A stretch of 64,000 nucleotides of DNA, from positions 37,646,464 through 37,710,463 of the forward strand of contig NC_043011.1 in the NCBI RefSeq assembly GCF_006345805.1, written 5' to 3'. This DNA is from Octopus sinensis. Its lineage: Eukaryota. Under the pieces are notes generated by a model. It was not told where the DNA came from. It did no database searches and saw nothing but the letters and a program-made list of their open reading frames with translations. Below are positions 54,153 through 64,000 of this stretch, piece after piece. Position 1 is the first letter of the stretch. Each line of letters begins with the position of its first letter. The translations under genes were made by a program, and so were the position numbers.

Positions 54153-54545
54153 ACCACTATATTGTATGGTAGTGAAACATGGACACTGTCAATGAAGTTA
54201 TCAAATGGGCTAAATGGATGCTACAGAAGGATACTATGAATAACCCTAAATGTGAAATGACAACATAGTTCAAATGAATGCATTTATGGTAACGTTGCGA
54301 AAGTTAGCGAGATGATCAATCAAAGATAGCTGCAACCGTCTGGTCACTGCATGCCTAAACCTAAGGTGGAAGTATCCAGACTGGAATTGTGGAACTCTCT
54401 TCATGGTACAAAGAGGAAAACTTCGTCACACTTATGTCAACTACTTGTTTGTAGACACTAGCCTGGAATATATTCAGGACTTTGAGGCAGTGATGATGGA
54501 ACGAGAGGTGTGGCGGGAAAACATTCCTGCTGCGGACCGAAGTAT
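54153..54545 (+). mobile_element. RTE-clade LINE 3' fragment
   Basis: TTILYGSETWTLSMKLSNGLNGCYRRIL and RGKLRHTYVNYL...MMEREVWRENI, the typical RTE ORF2 C-terminus; contains stops. Confidence 0.8.
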
Positions 54546-54554
54546 AACCGGCCA

Positions 54555-54865
<311 letters not shown>

Positions 54866-55008
54866 AATAATAATAATAATAATATTAATAATAATCATTG
54901 TTCGACCGTGGTCGAGTCAATGGAATTTACTATGCTACGCCAGACTTCACGGTTCATTATAACATTACGGAGGCCCTGTTGTTGGATGCCTGTATCCCTG
55001 GAGATTAC

Positions 55009-55061
<53 letters not shown>

Positions 55062-55066
<5 letters not shown>

Positions 55067-56636
55067 CCTAGGGGTAATTGAAGGGAACGGAATAAGGCAT
55101 TCAGAGATGAAGGAAAGGATCAGGAGAGAATGCTATCGAAGAGTGAGAGCAATACTCAAGACAGAGCTGAATGCAAGAAACAGGATCGAAGCGATCAATG
55201 CATTAGCCATATCAGTCGTGACTTACAGTTTCAATATTGTTAACTGGTCAATTACTGAAATATGTCAGCTCGACAGAAAAATAAGGAAACTGTTGACAAT
55301 GCATAGAATGCACCACCCTAAGGCAGATGCAGAACGACTCTATCTGCCAAGAAAAGAGGGAGGCCGTGGTCTTTTGCAACTGGCAATAACAATGAAGATT
55401 GCTACAATTGGCCTAGACACCTACCTGAAAAACTCTGAGGACTGGATGTTAAAACTTGTCTCAAAACATGAAAACAAGAAAGCATCATACTCAGTAACAA
55501 AACAGGCAAAGGAATATCTAAGTGAATTCCGAATACAACCAATTTCGGAATTAGAGATAGACATACAAGAAACAAGCACAGAAAAAGCTAGGCGCATGAA
55601 AACCCGTGCCAAAACTGCAGCCTTAGATATTCTGAATAATAAATGGCAAGAAAAACCTCTCTATGGCAAATACCCAAAGAGAGCCAATAATGCAGATATC
55701 GACAAAGCCCTGACCCACCAATGGCTAATGGCCTCTGGCTTAAAATCTGAAACAGAGGGGTTTATCATAGCAGCTCAAGATCAATGCCTACCAACAAGAA
55801 ACTACCAGGCCAACATATTAAAGAACGGCAGTAGCCCAACATGTCGTGTATGCCGACAACAAAATTAAACCATTGATCATGTTGTCTCCAAATGCAGTCT
55901 TCTAGCGCCTACAGAGTACCTCAATAGGCATGATAGAGCTGCACAATATATTCACTGGGTAATTTGCAAAAACCTGGATTGGCCCCATGAAAAAACCTGG
56001 TGGGAACACAATCTACCTCCAGTGCTTGAAAATGACCACATCTCACTCCTCTGGAACTTCACCATTCAAACTGACAGGAAGATAGATGCAAATAGGTCAG
56101 ACATCATATTGAAAGACTTCAGACACAGAACATGCCTCCTCATTGATATGACTGTCCCAATCGATATAAACGTATCTGTCAAGACCTACCAAAAACTGAG
56201 CAAATATAAAGATCTTGAAATAGAAATCAAGAAAATGTGGAAGCTGAAGACTAAAACAATACCTGTTGTCATAGGTGCCCTGGGAATGATAGCGAAAGGG
56301 ACTACCTAACTCAGATACCAGGAAACCCCAAGATGGCAGAAATTCAAAAGATAGTGCTCATGGGAACTGCTCATATCCTACGCAAAATACTCTCTATGTA
56401 ATCCCAAGGTTTAAAACAACCTTTTTTTATTTTTATTTTAATTTTTTTTATTTTTTAATTTTATTTTATTTATTTAAAATTTTTTTTTTATGTATTAGAC
56501 ATTCACTAGTACAACACCAAAAAAAAAACCCTCCCCCCAAATATATGGCACATAACTTCCAACCTGTTGTCTATTGAGCTCTCTGGGTGAGACTTGGAGC
56601 CAACTTGTACAGACATAAAGCAAAAGTCAAACATAG
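55062..56636 (+). mobile_element. 5'-truncated R4/Dong-clade LINE (RT C-terminus, CCHC zinc knuckle, restriction-like endonuclease, 3' UTR), flanked by (AAT)n
   Basis: KYLG, YLPRKEGGRGL, AAQDQCLPTRNY, CRVCRQQN*TIDHVVSKC, WNFTIQTDRKIDANRSDII and KLSKYKDLEIEIKKMW. One in-frame stop (55866-55868) and one frameshift (about 56305); true stop near 56401. (AAT)n at 55009-55061 and 56637-56654. Confidence 0.95.
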
Positions 56637-56654
56637 AATAATAATAATAATAAT

Positions 56655-57069
56655 GGTTGGGATTTTATGATTTAGTGCGACTATGTGATAGAGAATAGGA
56701 AGCCAGACATAGTATTCAGGGAGAGAAAAAAACTATGCTGGATCATAGATATAGCATGCCCAGCTGACAATAATGCGATAAAGAAGAAAGAAAAGTTGAT
56801 AGATATGACAGGTTAGCTTGGGATGTTAAGCAGTTGTGGTCGATAAAAAAGGTAGCAGTAGTACCAAAAATTGTCGGAGCCCTAGGAACAGTGGGCAAAA
56901 TTCTCGAGAAGTACGTGCAACAAATAGGGGCTGCAATACCGGTGGAGTACTTACAGAAAACAGCACTGCTTGGAACCACTTGAATACTCGAAAAATAAGA
57001 GGTATTTCCTTAGTTCACGGGTAGTGAACAGCTGATACATCTCCAGCGTTAGAAGCTGTACAAAGGAAA
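56655..57069 (+). mobile_element. Second, divergent R4/Dong-family 3' fragment in tandem
   Basis: WDFMI*CDYVIENRKPDIV, IIDIACP and VGALGTVGKILEKYVQQIG...LQKTALLGT. Followed by (GAT)n(AAT)n at 57070-57162. Confidence 0.85.
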
Positions 57070-57107
57070 TGATGATGATGATAATGATGATGATGATGAT
57101 GATGCTG

Positions 57108-57164
<57 letters not shown>

Positions 57165-57779
57165 TTTCTTACTTTCAGAGTCGATAATATTATTTGCAGT
57201 TAAGCACTATACCCATTGTATATCCACTTTGCCTTTCCGCTAAAATTGTTGGCTTTGCTCCTGGTGCATTACAAACACCACATCATCAATACATATGTTA
57301 TTTCATTTTCAGACATTCTCGAAAGACCAAAAACTAAGTTGGCTTTGCATGATTTAACCTCACAGTACAAGTAGTAGTAATTATAAACAGTTAGACATTT
57401 TACCAGTGAGCACTCTTTCGACAAACAACTTCTATAATAGATTTTAATAGGTTAACGAAACCAGTGTAACTCGATATTTCTCGGGCTGTTTTCTTTTGAA
57501 GATGGGGCATTGCGATTAAAATATAAAGGTTTTATACAACTTACAACATTTTCAGAATCTTTCTATTTTCTCTCTTTTTATCCATTGCGTTTCAGTCCAA
57601 TGGTATTGTAAATATATTTTGAACATACATGATCGATTTCTAAAATATTTTGATCGATTCCTAATTTGGCACGATCGATGAAACATTTATTTTACCGATT
57701 GCTGGTAATTCATGCAAAAACAGAGATACATATATCAAAATTTATATAGATGTACACACACACACATTTATACATTTAA

Positions 57780-57923
57780 GTGTGTGTGTGTTTGTGTGTG
57801 TATGTGTATATATGTGTATCTATATATATATATATATACACACACATTTATGTATATGTATATATGTATATATATATATATATATATGTATATTTATACA
57901 TATATATATATATATGTATATTT

Positions 57924-57999
<76 letters not shown>

Positions 58000-58006
58000 G
58001 TATATT

Positions 58007-58084
<78 letters not shown>

Positions 58085-58133
58085 GTATATTTATACATAC
58101 ATATATATATATATATATATATGTATATTATAC

Positions 58134-58208
<75 letters not shown>

Positions 58209-58215
58209 CATACAT
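57780..58215. repeat. Long interrupted (TA)n tract
   Basis: Direct reading. Confidence 0.95.
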
Positions 58216-58892
58216 TTATGTTTTTCAATAACTGATGATATTTCAGAACGTATATAGCAGTGTATAGAATATGACTAAAGTGTCAGATGCTTTAGACCAG
58301 GAGAACAATTAGAGATGTCGATTGTTCATATTAGTCAACGCTCTAATTTTCAGGTTACAAATTTGACAATCTTTCTGACATAATAATATATTATTAATGG
58401 CAACTAACACTAGGCCATTTCGTCGAAGTCTTAGCATGTACGTTCGCGTTAAAGCTGATAATGACCTCTCTCGGAACTCTTATTATAGCCAAAGACATGC
58501 TGAAAGACCTAGCTCGTAGTGTAGAGTTTCTGAAAGAATATTTGTGGGATTGTCATGATTCCAATGACCAGAGGTTTATTCGGTGAAGTGTCATTAACGT
58601 GGAAAGAATATAAGAATAACCGCTTTCAAATATGATGTGGAACTCAACTGTGATATTACAAGGTGATTAATGAATTGTCAGTGTGGCCTTATACTTTAGA
58701 GTTGCAATATAATTCACTGGATTTTAAAGGTTACAATATTTTGTACAATTCTGCTAAAAGTGTTCTTATATCTTAAGCAGTGTAACGTAGATGCAACCTT
58801 CATGTATAGCTGTGAAAAATAGATTTTCCTTATTGTTCCATATGCGACAGATACGATTTCCTTATTGTTCCATATATACAGACAGATATGAT

Positions 58893-59893
58893 ACTTTATT
58901 GGCCACACAGGGCTGAACACAGAGGGAACAAAATACAAAGTAGAGCTTTTCTTTTTGGAAACAGAAGGAAAAGAAAAAGAAATAAGAAGGAAAGGGGTTA
59001 GAAAATTCCTTCAAAGGTGATCGTTAAAAGAAAAGAAAAAAAGAAAAAAGAAAAGCCGATCAATAGGGATCGTGTATCATAGAAATGTCAATGTAGAAGG
59101 GGAAAACAGATTAGGTTTATCCGTAGAAAGAAAAGCCTAAGGTAAAGATCACGGTAACCTTGGGCAATAGTGTCATGCAGAAACAACACATTACAGTGAC
59201 TCTCTTTTTTCCTTTCTTTTTATTTGGTTCTTTTTTGGTTCCTTGGATTATACTCAGGCTGGCTCCGTCATTCACAAGTGCCATCCTTGCTACATTCACC
59301 CATCTTTTTTTGAAACATTCACTAGACAAAATTTCCCTCTCTACTCTCACCTTCCTCTTCAAGTAATACTTGAAGAACTTTATGAGAGATTGACCAGAGA
59401 GGAAAGTGTTTGTCTCTAGACCTTTCAGACGCGTCCACCATACACAGTTTTTCACCATAGCCACAAGTACGATTAAAATGACTCTTCCCTCCCGTTTCAA
59501 GGAAGGAGGCGCGACAATAATCACGATAGACTCGGATGATAAACCGATTCGTACCACACGCGATAGCAGTCGTTCAACATAGGCCCACAGGTCGGAAATG
59601 GTTGGACACTGTACGAGTGCATACAGAACGGTTTCGTCGCTCTGACCGCATTTCGGGCAGGTCGGCTCCGTACTTCTCGAGTCATGCCTGTAGAGCTTAT
59701 CCCGAACGGGTAGCGCTTCTCGATAGCGCTGCCAGGCCAGGGATCTCTGGAAGTTGTCCATAGATCCCGGACCGAAAACTGTCTTTAACAGGAGGGTCAG
59801 GTATTCCTTGTCGACGCCCAGGTTCACCTCGATATCGTCATCGTACTTTCCCTCAACGAATCCCCTATAGAATGCTTTGAAGTCCCTCACGGA
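58893..59893 (-). mobile_element. 5'-truncated Tx1/L1-clade LINE (zf-RVT-like C-terminus plus 3' UTR) at (GAYA)n
   Basis: ORF 59117..59926 contains AWQRYREALPVRDKLYRH...TCPKCGQSDETVLYALVQCP and CVWWTR...FKKRW. The 5' junction lies directly in (GATA)n at 59894-60070; the 3' end AATAAAG abuts ACAGACAGAT. Confidence 0.85.
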
Positions 59894-59996
59894 CAGATAG
59901 ATAGATAGAAAGATAGATATATACATAGATAGATAGACTGACAGAATAATAGACAGACAGACAGACAGATAGATAGATAGATAGATAGATAGATAT

Positions 59997-60065
<69 letters not shown>

Positions 60066-60597
60066 CAGATAATGTTATATTATTTATCGGTCGGTAGGCT
60101 TTATTGTATGAGCCCATTATATATTTACCATTAGTACACGAGCATATAAAAAATATTACTAATCCGGCCTGAATTAAAGTAGATAGTACACACACACACA
60201 CACACACACATACACACACACATATTTGCATACATGTACTCATGTAGATGCGTGCAACACAGTGTGTATGTGTGTATCAACTCGTCTGTCGATGTGACAA
60301 TATCCATGCACCAGGCGTAGCCCTGGCACTAAGAAATATATCGTAGGAAAATTATATGGAAAGAAAATTTGGGCAGATCCGTTGAGTAGAATACAGCTGA
60401 AGTTAACAATTTGACGTAATTTCCTGCTAAACCTCTCAGGCGATTCCCCTAAGCGTACACTTGCTAGGCGTCTGCACTATACTTAAAGAATCGGCAAACA
60501 TCATTCTGGAATACATAAAATCGAATCTGTTGGAGCAGCATTTGAATACTTACAAACAGACGCAGTCTTACACGCAGGTATATACATACATATATAT

Positions 60598-60648
<51 letters not shown>

Positions 60649-60713
60649 GTCCCGGGTTGAGTCGGGGTTAACCACAGTAAATAAGGTACTCAATACATGG
60701 CAGAGTAAATTAA

Positions 60714-60830
60714 TTTATTTTATAGAAGGAGCTTCTACAGGACTAGAACTGTTTCATTCAAATGAAATTTATCAGGTTTCATTTGAATGAAACAGTTCTA
60801 GTCCTGTAGAAGCTCCTTCTATAAAATAAA
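60714..60830. repeat. Perfect 54-bp inverted repeat with a 9-nt spacer containing a hammerhead-core remnant
   Basis: Arms 60714-60767 and 60777-60830 have no mismatches. The minus strand across the centre reads CTGATAA-atttcatttgaat-GAAAC-a-GTT-CTAG. Confidence 0.9.
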
Positions 60831-60833
60831 TAA

Positions 60834-60895
<62 letters not shown>

Positions 60896-61292
60896 ATGTA
60901 TATATGTGTGTATGTGTGTGTATTTGTATATGCAGAGACAGAGAGAACGAGAGAGATAAGCAGAAAGACAGACAGACAAATAGATAGATATAGGTATGTA
61001 TGTATATATACATATACACTCACACACACACACATACCATATATGCACATATGTATATACACACATATATGCATATATGCAGAAATGCGTTTATATTTAA
61101 CCGAGAGACCATGGGTTGAGGTTAGAGTGCTTTTCTCACAATTCTAAGATCGTAGTTTTAATTCCTGGACAGGGTGGCGTGTTTTGTCCCTAAGCTTCAT
61201 TTCTGCGATCAGTTCAACACCTGATGTATCGTACACCGTGCACCTGTCCAGGTAATGTCAATGCGATGAAGGCGTTAGGATGAAGCGCAACA

Positions 61293-62171
61293 CACGAAGT
61301 GCTCTCCAAAATTATCCAACTTTATTTTTTCAAACCAAAACTAATGCTGCGTGGGAAAAATCCTTTGAGCGGAAGACGACAGCATCTTTCTTCCGCACAT
61401 GTGAAAATTTTCGCGATAGTAAATTACATCAGTTCATCCCTGTTTTACGTAGAGTACAGATGTGTAGTGCGCAGTCGACAAATGTTCATATTCACGCAAG
61501 AAGACAATGCATCGAGCGCAGACCATAAACCCTTCTCATATCACCACTTATGGTGGTCTTCATGATGTCTGGTTCATGGTTTGCACAGTCCAGCATACCC
61601 TGAGCGATTTCCAAGCTGTGTTGCTTCTGATGGTTCACAGCTCCTTGGGGACAAATTTCGCCTCACTCATTGCATGCACAAACCCTTCGCTAAAATACAA
61701 TGCTCTGATCCTATTGTTATTCCCACTTCGTGAGTAATTCCTTCGATTGCTACAAGTCGTTCTTACATAACTATATTCCTAACGGCTTCCCGTTTCGGTT
61801 TGGAGGTAAACTATCTCAGCGTGCCTTGCTCTCCACTCAGCTGTAGCCTTGTTTGGAGCGGTGATACTACTTGTTAATCTGGGTTTTGCTCATGACATCG
61901 TCACCATAGGCCTGCGGAATCCTCTAAACATTTCAGATTGAATGTCACCAATAGTTTGGCAAAACTTACAATCTCTCTACTCGATGCATTCTGCAGAAAC
62001 ACAATTCCGACGTGCCCACGTTACTGGTCTGGACTCGAGGTTAGGTATTGACGCGGCCTACCCCGGCGAAAATGTTCACTCATACGCAGAAAATACCCAG
62101 AGTATTTTGGCGACGAGGCTTTAGATTTGGGAGGGAAAAATGAAGTCGGTTATTTTTCAATGTGCCACGTA
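61293..62171 (-). mobile_element. Internally deleted mariner with both TIRs
   Basis: TIRs TACGTGGCACATTGAAAAATAACCGACTTCATTTT and CACGAAGTGCTCTCCAAAATTATCCAACTTTATTTT. Remnants QAYGDDVMSKTQINK, AKFVPKEL and EIAQGMLDCANHEPDIMKTTISGD. Confidence 0.8.
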
Positions 62172-62276
62172 AATATTTGTTGACTGTAAATAAAATATTT
62201 ATGCACCTTATTTAACAAGGAAATACCGAATCCTCTTTCTCGGACTACGAGATTCTGACATAAAGTAACTTTAAAT

Positions 62277-62365
<89 letters not shown>

Positions 62366-62395
62366 CACATGAGCACTCACATATAAACAGACGCG

Positions 62396-62430
<35 letters not shown>

Positions 62431-62861
62431 ACGTTTAGACACATAACTACGCTGACACGCACACGTACACAAATGTATATACATATAGTTGCACATATAT
62501 GCCTGTATTTGAAATAAGAATTCGATTTGTAATAGTTAATTAGTTTTTCTCACAACGGATATGAAAATTAATGTTATTTTATTTGCTTAGAAAAAAACCC
62601 TACAATATTTAAGATTGTCAAAATATGAGAATATTGCTCAAAACAATATGAATGTGAAGGATCATTTTAATTTTAAGATAATTGATATTTTAATAAAAGT
62701 AAATAAGAATAATTTTCTCCAACGGAAGATATTGTTAATTGGAAATTAAAATTAGTTGTTTTACTCTCCACTCTCTACATCTAACCTTAATTGTAATGTG
62801 GGTGTATACAAATATATATACATATATATATATTATTGATACTATTATTATTATTATTATT

Positions 62862-63419
62862 GAGTGAGAGAGCAGTGCATGTCATCAAAGTGGCATTGGG
62901 GTAAAATATATGAAGCCCAGTATACCCATCGTGACTACCCGTCTGATAAGGGTACACCAGGCACATGCATCACAACCATATGTGCGCGACATGGTGATCT
63001 CATATCAAGATAAACAGCACATGACCTTGCAGGTGGGGCCCAGTTAGAAGTTTCTTCAGGTCGAGTAGCCCATCCCGCTCAAAAGGTCCCTGAATAAGGG
63101 TTGCTTTAGGATGTTGAACGAACTACTCATGTTTCCAAAGGTGAATTATCCAAACCTCCAAGAATTCCTTTCAACACACAGTTATGATTCTCCTCCACTA
63201 CTTCTGCTCGTGATCAGAGATGCACATATCGCCAGTCACTAAGGGACATGCTCAACTGGTTATGGTCAAACAACTGACAAGCAAATCTGTGGTATTGAGC
63301 AGAATATTTGCTGTAGCCCATCTTTTATACCAAGACAAAACAATGTATATGATAACACTTCCAATCAGTTAAAATGAAAAGCCATGAGAGCCACTGCCTG
63401 GTACTGCATCAGGGCATTT
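62862..63419. mobile_element. About 560-bp non-coding interspersed element flanked by (ATT)n on both sides
   Basis: GC-richer block with (ATT)n at 62843-62861 and 63420-63452; no TIRs or ORF. That it is repeated elsewhere in the genome is a recollection, not shown in this window. Confidence 0.5.
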
Positions 63420-63619
63420 ATTATTTTATTATTATTATTATTATTATTATTGACTTGTGGAAACGCGCGGGATGATGCATTAAATATTCATAAATTCCGT
63501 CCACGGATTTTTTATTGTTATTATTATTATTATTATTATTTATTATTATTATTATTATTATTATTTATATATTTATTTATTTATTTATTTACTTATATAC
63601 AATTATATGTAAATATGTA

Positions 63620-63842
63620 TGTATTTTTGTGCGAGTGTCTGTACCTCCACCATCGCTTGACAACCGACGCTGGTGTATTTACGTTACCATAAGCTAGCGG
63701 TTCGGCGAGCTAATGACAGATAGAATAAGTACTCGACTAACAAAGAATAAGTCCTGGGGTCGACTTCTTCGACTAACATCATTTACAGCTGTACTGCAGC
63801 ATGGCCTTAGTCAATTGATTGTAACAAGTAAACGAATAAAAG
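63620..63842 (+). mobile_element. Tail half of the composite microsatellite SINE
   Basis: CCACCATCGCTTGACAACCG...GAATAAGTCCTGGGGTCGAC...CAGCATGGCC...ACAAGTAAA is the reverse complement of 14648-14840. Confidence 0.8.
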
Positions 63843-64000
63843 AAAATATAATATACGTATTATATACGTATATATAATCTTTTGTGCTTCTACATGTATA
63901 CAGTCAGCTCTTACTCAGGAACACCTGTGGTGCGTTAAATGCCGCGTTTAACTAACTGATCTAGTTTACCTGTTTAGTTTTTGACCCGACATAGATACCT

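Overview
This is very AT-rich, microsatellite-dense animal DNA. The repeat landscape matches my recollection of octopus (coleoid cephalopod) genomes, which is an inference. No complete protein-coding gene can be supported, only a few weak candidate exons, so the window is probably intronic or intergenic. Almost all ORFs in the track are translations of microsatellites or transposon debris. Recognisable content: three different R4/Dong-clade LINE 3' fragments, each abutting (AAT)n; a Tx1/L1-clade LINE 3' fragment and a second tail-only copy, both at (GAYA)n; an RTE LINE 3' fragment; at least five decayed Tc1/mariner elements; a pogo-like MITE and other MITE or fold-back elements; and many tRNA-derived SINEs built from interchangeable head, core and tail modules. 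The most unusual observations are: (1) a set of minimal type-I hammerhead ribozyme motifs typical of Penelope-like elements, one fully intact and lying in the loop of a 90-bp fold-back inside (TA)n, with several palindromes centred on or starting at hammerheads; (2) an apparent partition of microsatellite types among retroelement classes: (TA)n for PLE/hammerhead units, (AAT)n for R4/Dong, (GATA)n for Tx1; (3) a SINE 3' tail shared with the Tx1 LINE, including a conserved terminal stem-loop.
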